Source: a virus
DNA length: 40,194 nt
Reading direction: 5' to 3' (one strand)
Virus genome (UHGV): UHGV-0127942
Positions 1-8,852 of this stretch are shown here, in pieces; position 1 is the first letter of the stretch, and each line of letters starts with the position of its first letter. Below the pieces are notes generated by a model. The model was not told the origin of the DNA. It worked only from the letters and a program-made list of their open reading frames with translations, and searched no databases. The position numbers and the translations under genes are program-made.

Positions 1-49
1 AAGGTATACTCTCATACCGTCATGAAAATGGTTTCTATACGGGTGAATT

Positions 50-1306
50 GTGCTTACCGATACAAAATTAAAAAACCTCAAGCCGCAGGACAAACTGTAC
101 AAGGTCTCCGATCGTGACGGGCTGTATGTAGCTGTGCTTACGTCAGGAACGGTCTCGTTTCGCTATGACTACCGTATCAACGGTCGCCGCGAAACACTGG
201 TAATCGGGCAGTATGGGCGTGACGGTATCAGCCTGGCAGAAGCGCGAGAAGAACTGATTGCTGCAAAGAAGCTGCTTAAAGCAGGCCAGTCGCCGGCTGC
301 GGCTAAACGTGACGGTATCAAAAAGATTCGTGGTGCCGAGACGTTTGCGGTACATACCGACAGTTATATGAAACACGTCATCCTAGCTGACAGTACCCGC
401 GCAATGAAGCAGGCGGTGATCGACCGTGACATACTTCCTGTTCTTGGTAACAAAATGATGGCTGAAATTACCACATCGATGGTTCGTGATTTGTGTGACC
501 GGATTGTCGAACGCGGCGGCCGGGCAACAGCAGTGCAGGCCAGGGAGATCATCAGCAGCGTATACCGTCATGCCAATGACCGTGGTCATGGTTTGTTTAA
601 TCCTGCTGCTGACATTAAACCTTCGTCTATCGCCATATTTAAACCACGAGAGCGAACACTTACACCAGAAGAAATTGGTCTGTTCTTCCGCACGCTGGAT
701 GCCATTGGTGCTATGGGCACTATGAAAATGGCTTTAAAGCTGGTGCTTATCACTATGGTTCGTAAAGGCGAATTCACCAATGCAACGTGGGACGAAATAG
801 ATTTTAAAAAATGGACATGGACAATTCCTTCAGACCGCATGAAGGGAAGCCGGGCGCATGTTATTTACCTGCCTAAACAGGCACAGGATATATTGGTCGG
901 GTTGCAGATGTGCGCTGGTGGAAGTGAATATCTGGTTCCTGGTCGTTACAACTTCCGGAAGCCATTATCTAATGCCGCGCTGAACTCTCTGATCGACAGA
1001 ACGGTGAAAATAATAAATGAAGATGGTGAGCATATTCAGGACTTCACCGTACATGATATGCGCCGTACAGCCAGTACGTTATTGCATGAGGCTGGTTATC
1101 CTTCAGACTGGATTGAAAAGGCTCTGGCACATGAGCAGAAAGGTGTGCGCGCCGTATATAACAAAGCGGAATACGCCAGACAGCGCGCCTACATGTTGCA
1201 GCAGTGGGCAGATATGATTGATTCCTGGATTGACGGGGAGCATACGGATCTGATTCCGTTCTCCCCGTCGAAGTTTGAGAAGTGGATGGAAGACAGTAAT
1301 AAATAA
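50..1306 (+). CDS. int: Tyrosine recombinase / phage integrase (P4/CP4-57-like)
   Basis: 418-aa ORF with GTG start at 50; N-terminus LTDTKLKNLKP...LYVAV resembles P4-family integrase arm-binding domain; C-terminal HDMRRTASTLL...AVYNKAEY fits the tyrosine recombinase catalytic region. Confidence 0.85.
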   Translation: MLTDTKLKNLKPQDKLYKVSDRDGLYVAVLTSGTVSFRYDYRINGRRETLVIGQYGRDGISLAEAREELIAAKKLLKAGQSPAAAKRDGIKKIRGAETFAVHTDSYMKHVILADSTRAMKQAVIDRDILPVLGNKMMAEITTSMVRDLCDRIVERGGRATAVQAREIISSVYRHANDRGHGLFNPAADIKPSSIAIFKPRERTLTPEEIGLFFRTLDAIGAMGTMKMALKLVLITMVRKGEFTNATWDEIDFKKWTWTIPSDRMKGSRAHVIYLPKQAQDILVGLQMCAGGSEYLVPGRYNFRKPLSNAALNSLIDRTVKIINEDGEHIQDFTVHDMRRTASTLLHEAGYPSDWIEKALAHEQKGVRAVYNKAEYARQRAYMLQQWADMIDSWIDGEHTDLIPFSPSKFEKWMEDSNK

Positions 1307-1308
1307 TT

Positions 1309-1968
1309 CTATCCTTCCTGGACTTTGGTAAGCGTCAGATTTCCGCAGAACACTGCGCCGGTGTCGATGTACATTTGGTTTGCATACACCAGTGGGTGAT
1401 GTGCTGGCGTATGACCGAAGATGAACAAATCGGCACCGGTTATCTCCGAGACAATACCGTCCTGCGCGTCGCTAACCCGCTCACGATTCCATATCACCAT
1501 TTCTTCCGGTACTGGCTTATCGAATGCGTATTCGTTGTGCGGGTAGTCTGCGTGGCAGATGACGACCTTCTTATTGCCGGTAACAAGTTCGATAATCATC
1601 GGGAGGTTGGTAACCTTTGGCAGAAGGTATTTGAGTTGCACATCCTGCTCAGAATCAAGTTGGTGCCACCATCCACCGCCGTTTGACATCCAATGTCCGA
1701 AACTTCCGCCGTTGACCAGTGCATCCAGCATCATCTGCTCATGGTTGCCACGAACAGCTCGGAACCACGGCATAGTAATCAAATCCAGGCATTCGACGTT
1801 TTCAGCGCCGCGGTCAACAAGGTCACCAACGGAAATAAGCAAATCGCGCGCCGGGTCGAATGAAACTTTGTCGAGTTCGTTCATCAGCAGCGTGTAGCAC
1901 CCATGCAGATCGCCGACGACGAAGATATTGCACCAGTCAGCGCCATTGATGCGTTGATATAGGTTCAT
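1309..1968 (-). CDS. Ser/Thr protein phosphatase, lambda-PPase / PrpA-like metallophosphoesterase
   Basis: GDLHGC, GDLVDRG and GNHE metallophosphatase motifs; start placed at internal Met (MNLYQRI) giving an ATGA overlap with the upstream gene; 2 nt tail-to-tail with int. Confidence 0.8.
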   Translation of the reverse strand: MNLYQRINGADWCNIFVVGDLHGCYTLLMNELDKVSFDPARDLLISVGDLVDRGAENVECLDLITMPWFRAVRGNHEQMMLDALVNGGSFGHWMSNGGGWWHQLDSEQDVQLKYLLPKVTNLPMIIELVTGNKKVVICHADYPHNEYAFDKPVPEEMVIWNRERVSDAQDGIVSEITGADLFIFGHTPAHHPLVYANQMYIDTGAVFCGNLTLTKVQEG

Positions 1969-2615
1969 GCTGCACGCTCCCGCCCCTGGTTGTCTGTTGG
2001 TGACAGCGGAGCATTGCTGAATGCATTTGTTAATCCGCCGATATCCAACGCGTATCCAGGGTGTAGTTGCACTGCCGGGTCTTCGCACTGATTACCCCAA
2101 ACATCGAAGCCATGAGACGTCTGGCGGGCGAACAGTTCAATGCGAGAAACATCGCCTAATAATTGCACAAGTTTTTCACGAACGATATCTGGCTTTCTTG
2201 AATGCTCAAGCCGCGGTGCGGTAAATGACTGAACGATCCCTGCATTAATGCGCGTAGGTAGTTTTCCCTTTACCGCAAACAGGCAATCTTCACTATTGGC
2301 GCGAGTCATGTGTCCCATACCCATAACCAGTTTATCTGGTTGTCGACTACCACATTTTATCCACGTGAAGCCCTTCATCGTCATCAGACGGAATCCCCAG
2401 GCTTCAACAACTTTTAGTGCTTCGAGTGGTTGTGTTGGCACCCACCACATGGCCAACAGACAGTTTTCATCGGCCAAATCCCACACAGGAAGGCGGCAGA
2501 TATCCAGCACACTCATAACCGGATATTTAAAACCGGCACCGCGATTACCATCTGCGGCTTTGTCCCGGTATACCCAGGGTGGATCTGCATAGATTAGTGT
2601 GTATTTCTTAGTCAT
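1965..2615 (-). CDS. DNA N6-adenine methyltransferase, MT-A70-like
   Basis: N-terminal IYADPPW motif typical of MT-A70 / phage Dam-like methyltransferases; start could be 2615 or 2627. Confidence 0.75.
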   Translation of the reverse strand: MTKKYTLIYADPPWVYRDKAADGNRGAGFKYPVMSVLDICRLPVWDLADENCLLAMWWVPTQPLEALKVVEAWGFRLMTMKGFTWIKCGSRQPDKLVMGMGHMTRANSEDCLFAVKGKLPTRINAGIVQSFTAPRLEHSRKPDIVREKLVQLLGDVSRIELFARQTSHGFDVWGNQCEDPAVQLHPGYALDIGGLTNAFSNAPLSPTDNQGRERAA

Positions 2616-2907
2616 AAACCACCCCACAACATCCTATGCCGCTATAGTCGCCACGGCGAAGGCCGTTACCTTTTGTGATACATTGGTCCCTGCGAACCGC
2701 GATCCTTGCACGTTCAACATCACCAGAAGCAACATCCATACACTGAAGCCAAAGGTGAGCGGCAATGCGGAATTGCCCTTTTTTCTCTCTTTCAATCGCG
2801 CGTTTTTCGATCTCTATCGCCGCAGGAGTAACTGCGACAATCTTTGACGGACTGCGCATTGAAACCTTATTCATGTGATATTTTTCAAGTCGGCTTAACT
2901 TTCTCAC
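2608..2907 (-). CDS. Hypothetical protein
   Basis: ORF in the leftward operon; GTG start at 2907 with upstream AGAGGG; no recognisable motif. Confidence 0.35.
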   Translation of the reverse strand: MRKLSRLEKYHMNKVSMRSPSKIVAVTPAAIEIEKRAIEREKKGQFRIAAHLWLQCMDVASGDVERARIAVRRDQCITKGNGLRRGDYSGIGCCGVVYD

Positions 2908-3016
2908 TTAATCCAACCCTCTCTGAAAATTAATGCCAGCAGATAAAGCCATGCTGAAACAGAGGCCAGGAATAAGTACCATCCTGACCATTTGCTCCAG
3001 TGCCTTAGCAGCGCAC

Positions 3017-3265
3017 TCATGCAGCGTTGCTCACGGGACGATATACACGTTGCTGAACAGGAGGCTTTTTACCCTGGAACTCTGCCGGGCTTGCTGCCTG
3101 ACGTTCATCAAGCCAACGCTCAACTTCATCACGGTTCCATGCGCAGCGTTTATCGGTGATATACCAGCGTTTAGGAAATTCCCCTGCGCGCTCCATACGG
3201 TCGATAGTGCTCCATGACAGTGGAACCACCGCCAGGAGTTCCTTCTTACCTAATGCACCTTTCAT
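3017..3265 (-). CDS. AlpA-family DNA-binding protein (putative excisionase / regulator)
   Basis: 82 aa; LSWSTIDRMERAGEFPKRWYITDKRCAWNRDEVERWL resembles AlpA/Xis-type winged HTH. Confidence 0.65.
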   Translation of the reverse strand: MKGALGKKELLAVVPLSWSTIDRMERAGEFPKRWYITDKRCAWNRDEVERWLDERQAASPAEFQGKKPPVQQRVYRPVSNAA

Positions 3266-3314
3266 AAATACCTCTCTTGGTTGCAGTGCGGCGCGCGTGG
3301 CGCCGCGGTGGTGG

Positions 3315-4256
3315 TTACATAGATGTTTCGTTTAATTCTTCCCGACGAACGCTGTAAACGTCGGTGGCTTTTGCCAGCAGTTCGTCATCATCTGAAAGTT
3401 TTTGTGCAATGTATTTGTAAGCCTTATCCAGTTCGGAGACAGTGCTGTAATTCATCGCTGCGCTGGTAAAGGCCATCAGCATGTCTTCTGGATCACGGCT
3501 GTCCGATTTACGCGTTTGCTCATCAGGCTTTTTCGCTGGTTTAGCGTTGATCAGACTGTTCATTCCCGCAGCAGTGGTCGTTTGCGGAGTAATGTCTCGC
3601 TCAACGCGCGGTGCCGTTTCCTGTAATTCGTCTGGGGTGTAGACGCCCATGATTACGTCAGGACAGTGCAGGCGAGACCAGCGTTTTGTCGCAAGGTATG
3701 CGAGTTGTTGTTTCGGATCACTGGCCCAAAGTGTGGAGTTTCTTACCTGTGCTTGAGACAGCATTAACTCAAGCACTCGAGGTTGATCCTCGCCCTTCAT
3801 GGTTGCCCATACGCGAACACCGCAGCCTTCTTCGTCTTTTAGAGTCCAGCCTGGTGCGATATATGGATTGCCGTTTTTGGATGTTTTCTCAACAAACTTA
3901 CCGATCACGCGTTCCCACGGCCCGAACCACTCGTAGTTGATGCGATCTTTTGTTGGCGACATCGTTGAGATAACTGCGTTTACTAATTGGGCTTCATAAC
4001 CTAGCGTGCCGTTCACAACATGGGTTTTCTGAGCCACGGCAAACGGGTTCATTCCCCACTGCGCAGCCTGCATTGCCACGGCCATGCAATCAGCTGGTTT
4101 CCCGGCGAGGTGCGCCGGTACCGTTACGCGGCTTTGCGCCATTACCTCGGCGAATTTCATCAGTTGGTTCAAGCCGTCTGGGCTGAAAATAGTTGCAGCA
4201 GTTCCAGCGATTGCTGTGTCTACTGGTGCGTTGATGTTTGCGATGTCGTTGCTCAT
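3315..4256 (-). CDS. Bet / Red-beta family single-strand annealing recombinase
   Basis: Segments QWGMNPF and ERDITP align with lambda Bet as I recall it; start taken at Met giving an ATGA overlap with the exonuclease gene. Confidence 0.7.
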   Translation of the reverse strand: MSNDIANINAPVDTAIAGTAATIFSPDGLNQLMKFAEVMAQSRVTVPAHLAGKPADCMAVAMQAAQWGMNPFAVAQKTHVVNGTLGYEAQLVNAVISTMSPTKDRINYEWFGPWERVIGKFVEKTSKNGNPYIAPGWTLKDEEGCGVRVWATMKGEDQPRVLELMLSQAQVRNSTLWASDPKQQLAYLATKRWSRLHCPDVIMGVYTPDELQETAPRVERDITPQTTTAAGMNSLINAKPAKKPDEQTRKSDSRDPEDMLMAFTSAAMNYSTVSELDKAYKYIAQKLSDDDELLAKATDVYSVRREELNETSM

Positions 4257-5074
4257 ATGTACATATCCTGTTTGCGTGCCCACTCAGGGCGTTTAATGAT
4301 TTCCACACCGCCCCATTCATCATTGATGCGGCATTCGTGATAGGTATTCAGATCCCGGCGGAACAGAGCGTGCCCGGCATCGACATCCGGCGCATCCAGC
4401 TCGAACACGCGTACCGGATACCGACCACAATCAATGCTTTCGCTCACGGCAAGAAAGAAAAAACCATGCGGCTGACCAGTAACCCTCATTGCGCCTTCGC
4501 GGTACATTGCGTCCTGCACGTGGTAGCGGAATTCCTCGATGTGGCGTGCAAAACGGTCCATATCTGCAACCTTTTTCACGTCGACGATCACGTTGTGCTC
4601 GTTCAGCCATTTGTCTGGACGAATGCGGCACAACTCACCAGTCTCTTCATCGTTCCAGTACATTGATGCTTCGCAGTAACCAGGTGCTTCCAGCATCCAG
4701 CGTGCCGCCGGGTGAGCCATTGCGCTATCACGCATCAGCTCCAGTTTCCGCCACTGCTCGGCATCAAGTACCGTAATCCCCATATCCGCTACATCACGAA
4801 GAAATGCTTCTTCGTCAGCTTTACCTTGTTTCGTCCGACGATCGAATTTCGGTGAAACAATGAAGCGTTTGTTGAATTCTCCAGGCTCCAGAAGCAGACA
4901 GTGCAATGCGGTTCCCATATCCAGTGCAGACTTTTTCTCTTCGTCTTCCGGAGCAGCCTTCACCCATTTCAGAAGGGCAGGGTTCTTAGCCACCATATCT
5001 AGCTGCGACTTACTCACGCCGTCACCGGCGTGGTAGTCCTCATTGCTGATGTCGAAATAGATGCCAGTATTCAT
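4253..5074 (-). CDS. Recombination exonuclease, PD-(D/E)XK nuclease superfamily
   Basis: 273 aa; D...DVKK motif region consistent with PD-(D/E)XK; translationally coupled directly upstream of the annealing protein gene; not lambda Exo-like. Confidence 0.6.
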   Translation of the reverse strand: MNTGIYFDISNEDYHAGDGVSKSQLDMVAKNPALLKWVKAAPEDEEKKSALDMGTALHCLLLEPGEFNKRFIVSPKFDRRTKQGKADEEAFLRDVADMGITVLDAEQWRKLELMRDSAMAHPAARWMLEAPGYCEASMYWNDEETGELCRIRPDKWLNEHNVIVDVKKVADMDRFARHIEEFRYHVQDAMYREGAMRVTGQPHGFFFLAVSESIDCGRYPVRVFELDAPDVDAGHALFRRDLNTYHECRINDEWGGVEIIKRPEWARKQDMYI

Positions 5075-5277
5075 AACTTAACCTTGTATTCGTTCTGCTT
5101 GTTGGAACGGGTTCCATCGTGGAAATATATTGCGCTCCTGGTTACCTCTACCCATTTGCGACGTTCAAGCTCAACGATGAACCAAGAAACCTTCGATCTT
5201 GAGATACCAAGAATCTTTGCCATATCTCGGATGCTGTGTTTTCCACCTCGCAGCAATGAGAGGAGTGTTGGTTTCAT
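5071..5277 (-). CDS. Small HTH DNA-binding protein
   Basis: 68 aa; IRDMAKILGISRSKVSWFI looks like a helix-turn-helix; ATGA coupling with both neighbours. Confidence 0.5.
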   Translation of the reverse strand: MKPTLLSLLRGGKHSIRDMAKILGISRSKVSWFIVELERRKWVEVTRSAIYFHDGTRSNKQNEYKVKL

Positions 5278-5573
5278 GCCGCGTCCTTCTGTCCATCAAG
5301 CTGATCCGCCAGATCCCAGCGGGCGATAATTGCCATTGCCTCTCGCCGATATGCATCCATCAGTTCTTCGAACTCAGGGCTGTCTTTAGCAGCCTCCAGT
5401 ACTTCCTGACGAACGCCTTTGCCTGTTACAACGTCGAAAGTTGAGGACAGTTGATGAAGCCGGATACTCTCAATCAGTTCAACTTGTCGGTCATATAGCT
5501 GTTCTGACAGGCGGTAGTCCTTGTCGAATGCCAGCATGATTTTTTGAAGATTTTTCTGCTGATTAACGTTCAT
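5274..5573 (-). CDS. Hypothetical protein
   Basis: ORF in the leftward early operon; start chosen at MNVNQQ (5573), 2 nt after the stop of the upstream small ORF. Confidence 0.5.
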   Translation of the reverse strand: MNVNQQKNLQKIMLAFDKDYRLSEQLYDRQVELIESIRLHQLSSTFDVVTGKGVRQEVLEAAKDSPEFEELMDAYRREAMAIIARWDLADQLDGQKDAA

Positions 5574-5575
5574 TA

Positions 5576-5728
5576 TCAGCCCTCCCATATCTCGTTATCG
5601 TTGGCCACATCGCGAGCTTCTTTGCTGACGAAAGCCCACTTAATGCCTTCCTGTAAGGTGCGGAACTTCCAGCTCATGAATCCGCATGCAGTAACGCAGT
5701 ACCAACCGTTGATGATTTTCCACTGCAT
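5576..5728 (-). CDS. Hypothetical small protein (50 aa), first gene of the leftward operon
   Basis: Not in the supplied ORF track (below length cutoff); ATG at 5728, translation MQWKIINGWYCVTACGFMSWKFRTLQEGIKWAFVSKEARDVANDNEIWEG, RBS GAGG 7 nt upstream. Confidence 0.3.
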   Translation of the reverse strand: MQWKIINGWYCVTACGFMSWKFRTLQEGIKWAFVSKEARDVANDNEIWEG

Positions 5729-5747
5729 AACTTGTTACCTCGGTCTG

Positions 5748-5762
5748 TTACCGTTGAGGTAA
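5748..5762. promoter_or_regulatory. Operator-like palindrome TTACC-N5-GGTAA (leftward early promoter, downstream site)
   Basis: Perfect 5-bp inverted half-sites; lies between the -10 of the leftward promoter and the first ATG (5728), overlapping the RBS. Confidence 0.6.
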
Positions 5763-5789
5763 TAATTATGCGTATATGGTTTGATGTCA
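5761..5789 (-). promoter_or_regulatory. Leftward early promoter (pL-like), sigma70-type
   Basis: Minus-strand TTGACA (plus 5784-5789), 17-bp spacer, -10-like AATTAT (plus 5761-5766); flanked by two operator palindromes. Confidence 0.5.
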
Positions 5790-5808
5790 ATAGATATGAG
5801 TTAAAAAA

Positions 5809-5823
5809 ATTACCCGTTAGGTA
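5809..5823. promoter_or_regulatory. Operator-like palindrome TTACC-N5-GGTAA (leftward early promoter, upstream site)
   Basis: Perfect site about 20 bp upstream of the -35 of the leftward promoter. Confidence 0.6.
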
Positions 5824-5834
5824 ATCGAATAGGC

Positions 5835-5860
5835 AATAAAAAAGCCGCCATAAGGCGGCT
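5835..5860 (-). terminator. Intrinsic terminator after the repressor gene
   Basis: Hairpin AGCCGCC-ATAA-GGCGGCT preceded on the plus strand by an A-run (T-run on the minus strand). Confidence 0.6.
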
Positions 5861-5881
5861 TACTTACTGAAAAATATGGTT

Positions 5882-6466
5882 TTATTGTTTGTTTTTTTCG
5901 TTCTGGTTGATGACAAATTCAATGTAACTTTCGATCTTTGCTTTCTCGGTTTCGGGTAACAATGCGTAGCGCGAGCGATCATAGTTGATGGTCGCAGGGT
6001 CGTGCGGGTGAATCAGTAATTCATAGCCGTGACGCCCGAATGCGGATGCAACATTCTCCAGGGTGGAAATGGAAACGCTGACCTCATTGTTTAACAGGCG
6101 GCTGATTGTCACCTGGGCTACGCCGGATGCGCGGTGAAGTTTTCCCTGTGTTGAAAGGTCGCGGCTTTCGCTCATCCAGCGTTCCAGGTTGTGAGCCGCC
6201 AGCTGGCCAATGTCGCTTGGGCCGACAGGCTGAAAACCTTCCTGAGAAAGCGAGCGATCGATATCAAGCCAGTTACGGGGTTTATTGGCGGCAGCTTCAA
6301 TTTTTCGTGCAACCTGGTCGCCGATAACCTTCTTGCCAAGAGCCCAGCGGTTTACCAGATTTGCCTGAGTTCCAAGTTTTTCAGCCATCCGCGTCTGAAC
6401 ACCATTGAATTCACGGTCGATCAAGTCGTTGAGATTTTGCCTGCGGACGTCCTGGATACTTTTCAT
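5882..6466 (-). CDS. Phage repressor, CI-like with two tandem HTH domains and no LexA-type peptidase domain
   Basis: 194 aa; HTH-like segments near residues 20-45 and 105-140; no S24 peptidase motifs; divergent from a Cro-like gene across an operator-rich 154-bp spacer. Confidence 0.7.
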   Translation of the reverse strand: MKSIQDVRRQNLNDLIDREFNGVQTRMAEKLGTQANLVNRWALGKKVIGDQVARKIEAAANKPRNWLDIDRSLSQEGFQPVGPSDIGQLAAHNLERWMSESRDLSTQGKLHRASGVAQVTISRLLNNEVSVSISTLENVASAFGRHGYELLIHPHDPATINYDRSRYALLPETEKAKIESYIEFVINQNEKNKQ

Positions 6467-6521
6467 TTTCTGGAAAATCGCCTCATATATGAATCAGTAG
6501 ATGATTCAATTTAAAGCAATA

Positions 6522-6536
6522 TTACCCAACAGGTAA
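6522..6536. promoter_or_regulatory. Operator-like palindrome TTACC-N5-GGTAA in the repressor/cro intergenic region
   Basis: Perfect site; two imperfect copies follow at 6539-6553 and 6570-6584. Confidence 0.65.
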
Positions 6537-6569
6537 ATGCACCCCACAGGTAACTATCCTTGATTTTTG

Positions 6570-6584
6570 TTACCTTATGGGTGA
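6570..6584. promoter_or_regulatory. Imperfect operator copy (TTACC-N5-GGTGA) overlapping the putative cro promoter
   Basis: 9/10 half-site match; lies between TTGATT (6560-6565) and a -10-like element upstream of cro. Confidence 0.45.
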
Positions 6585-6620
6585 ATATTTATTATCTGAA
6601 ATAAATATCAGGCAATAGCT

Positions 6621-6851
6621 ATGAGCGATAACGGACATTTCGATTTCAAAAAGCACTGGCTTGCACTTACTCCGGATGAGCGTGAAGCCTTCGCACAGGA
6701 AGCCGGAACGACGAGTCACTATATCCAGACTCACTTAACAGGTAAGCGCAAAATGCCAGGTAAGGTATTGATGAATGGGCTTTTTAAAGCCTGTAAAACA
6801 AGACAATGGCTGCGCTCAAAAGCAGAATTGGCATACTTCTTCTACTCATGA
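6621..6851 (+). CDS. Cro-like small transcriptional regulator
   Basis: 76 aa with HTH-like segment EAFAQEAGTTSHYIQTHLTGKRKMP; divergent from repressor; followed by an intrinsic terminator. Confidence 0.6.
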   Translation: MSDNGHFDFKKHWLALTPDEREAFAQEAGTTSHYIQTHLTGKRKMPGKVLMNGLFKACKTRQWLRSKAELAYFFYS

Positions 6852-6873
6852 TATCCAGCCACAACCCTCTGTA

Positions 6874-6896
6874 GACCGCCATCCGGCGGTCTTTTC
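6874..6896 (+). terminator. Intrinsic terminator after cro-like gene
   Basis: Hairpin GACCGCC-ATCC-GGCGGTC followed by TTTTC. Confidence 0.6.
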
Positions 6897-7001
6897 ATAT
6901 CTATTCGTACCTCAAAGGTAATAAAAAACCAAATCTGGTTGATCTTTTTTTTGTGTCAGCACAAAATGACCGTAATCCCAATACTAATAACAGGGCTTGC
7001 C

Positions 7002-7202
7002 ATGGAAATCATTACACGTATTGATGCCGCAAAGCGCGGACTTAAACGCTACTACACCGGAAAAACATGTAAGCACGGACATGACAGTGAACGCTGGGTT
7101 TACAACGGACACTGTGTTGAGTGCACCATGGAATCAAACCGTCGTATCAGGGCAGAGATTAAGCAGATCATGATTAATTCCTCCCCACAACATTCAAGCT
7201 GA
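7002..7202 (+). CDS. Hypothetical small zinc-binding protein
   Basis: About 66 aa from the Met at 7002; C-x-H...C-x-x-C arrangement (CKHGHDSERWVYNGHCVEC); position equivalent to lambda cII but not similar to it. Confidence 0.35.
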   Translation: MEIITRIDAAKRGLKRYYTGKTCKHGHDSERWVYNGHCVECTMESNRRIRAEIKQIMINSSPQHSS

Positions 7203-7217
7203 TAGCGGAGATTAATC

Positions 7218-8033
7218 ATGAGCAGACATGCAACAGATTGGGCCTGGGAGACAGATCCAGGTAGCTCATCATTAAAGCTCATACTGCTCTCGATGGCTGA
7301 CAGAGCCGATGAATATAACCTCTGCTACCCCAGCATAGAACGCCTCGTTAAAGACACTTGCCTGAATAAAAAAACCGTGCAGGCCGGGCTTATATCGCTC
7401 ATGAAAATGGGGCTTATTTCAGATACCGGAGAGAGAAAGGGAGCGACAAAAAGAGTGCGGGTTTTCTCTCTTAATATAACCAAAAACGGGAACATTAAAG
7501 GCAACCGGGAGGGGGGCAATGAACCCGAAAACGGGAATATACCCGAAAACGGGAATATACCCAAAAACGGGATGTTGAATGATCCCAAAAACGGGATGTT
7601 GAATGATCCCAAAAACGGGATCCAGAACCAGTCATATAACCAGTCATTTAACCAAGAGAGGGAGAGCAGGACAAAAAGCGGGGATTCTGTGCCTCATGAC
7701 CCCGGAGCAAACAACGCCGTGATGAATAACTTTGTTCCTCCTGGTGGGCCAGGGCAATTAGGCAAATTTGTCATGCATGAACAATGGCAGCCATCAGATG
7801 ACTTTCTTCGGAAAAGCTCATTGCAGGGGATCTACCTGGACAGTCTGCCAACGGCACAGGAACTTGCAGAGTTCAGAATTTACTGGATGGCTGAGGGTAA
7901 GGCATACCATCAGGCACAGTGGGAGCAGAAGCTGGCAAGGCGGCTGCAGATTAGCAGACAGAAGCAATCAACATTACCTGATAACAACGTTCCGCACTGG
8001 AACAGCCCTGAAGCATGGGAGGATTTCTTGTGA
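7218..8033 (+). CDS. Replication initiator, lambda O-like, with internal iterons
   Basis: N-terminal HTH-like initiator domain (LKLILLSMADRADEY...IERLVKDTCLNKKTVQAGL); coding region contains tandem DNA repeats that translate to NGNIPENGNIP...KNGMLNDPKNGMLNDP. Confidence 0.75.
   Translation: MSRHATDWAWETDPGSSSLKLILLSMADRADEYNLCYPSIERLVKDTCLNKKTVQAGLISLMKMGLISDTGERKGATKRVRVFSLNITKNGNIKGNREGGNEPENGNIPENGNIPKNGMLNDPKNGMLNDPKNGIQNQSYNQSFNQERESRTKSGDSVPHDPGANNAVMNNFVPPGGPGQLGKFVMHEQWQPSDDFLRKSSLQGIYLDSLPTAQELAEFRIYWMAEGKAYHQAQWEQKLARRLQISRQKQSTLPDNNVPHWNSPEAWEDFL
7481..7622 (+). repeat. Iteron array (putative replication origin) inside the O-like gene
   Basis: Six direct copies of a core AAAACGGGA (starts near 7483, 7527, 7545, 7563, 7587, 7611), arranged as two 18-bp and two 24-bp tandem units plus flanking copies. 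Confidence 0.7.
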
Positions 8034-8815
8034 ACAACGTTTTTACCGCGATACAAAACCGTGACGGAGAAGCCCTTTCTCGCATGTCAGGTTATGAGCA
8101 TCAGTACGTCAACAATGACAATGTGGTGAACATGTCAGCAGAGAGGCTTGTTGATGCCCTTTTTAAACAGCTGAAACAACTGTTTCCGGCGGCAGTGGTA
8201 ACCAACCTGAAGACGCCAGAGCAGGAAGTTGCTGCAAAACAGCAGTGGATTGCTGCGTTTGCCGAAGGGGGGATCCGAACCCGTGAACAGGTTTCTGCTG
8301 GTATGCGCCACGCCCGCGCCAGTGAATCTCCGTTCTGGCCGTCTCCAGGGCAATTTATCAAGTGGTGCAAAGACAGCAAGATGGTTCTTGGCGTCACCAT
8401 TGACGATGTGATGGCGGAGTTTCACCGGTACAGCAAGGAAAAAAGTTTATATCCTGGTGGTCCCGAAAGATTCCCGTGGCGACATCCGGTTATGTACTGG
8501 GTCGTATGTGATACCCGCCGTGCAATGTATCAGCGCCAGCTTAGCGAGATTGAGGTTGAGAAACACGCACGCAGGCTGCTCGATGATTGGGCGAAAAAGG
8601 TGGCTTCCGGACAGCAGATACCCGATCCGGTGATCAGCATACAGGCAAAGCCAGAGCCCATGAGTACGCCTCCGGACACAGGGAGAGACGTTTACCATCC
8701 ACCAGGGCGAAGTTTCGGGTGCATGCCTAACGCCGCCACCCTTGGGGGAATAACACCGGCGCAGTGGCTGATGGAGGAATACAGGCGGGGAAAGGCGGCA
8801 GGATTTATCAAGTAA
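8030..8815 (+). CDS. Replication protein P-like (helicase loader)
   Basis: RTREQVSAGMRHARASESPFWPSPGQFIKWC aligns with lambda P (MEQVNAGMRVARRQNRPFLPSPGQFVAWC) as I recall it; GTG start at 8030 overlaps the O stop, GGAGG upstream; an ATG at 8015 is an alternative. Confidence 0.75.
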   Translation: MNNVFTAIQNRDGEALSRMSGYEHQYVNNDNVVNMSAERLVDALFKQLKQLFPAAVVTNLKTPEQEVAAKQQWIAAFAEGGIRTREQVSAGMRHARASESPFWPSPGQFIKWCKDSKMVLGVTIDDVMAEFHRYSKEKSLYPGGPERFPWRHPVMYWVVCDTRRAMYQRQLSEIEVEKHARRLLDDWAKKVASGQQIPDPVISIQAKPEPMSTPPDTGRDVYHPPGRSFGCMPNAATLGGITPAQWLMEEYRRGKAAGFIK

Positions 8816-8852
8816 TACCAGCGCGATAGCGCATTTTTTTACGTCTCGACAA

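Noticed and set aside
5772-5781. TATATGGTTT on the plus strand as another copy of the late promoter element
   Set aside because: It lies within the spacer of the minus-strand leftward promoter (TTGACA at 5784-5789) and would point into the repressor gene; probably coincidental.
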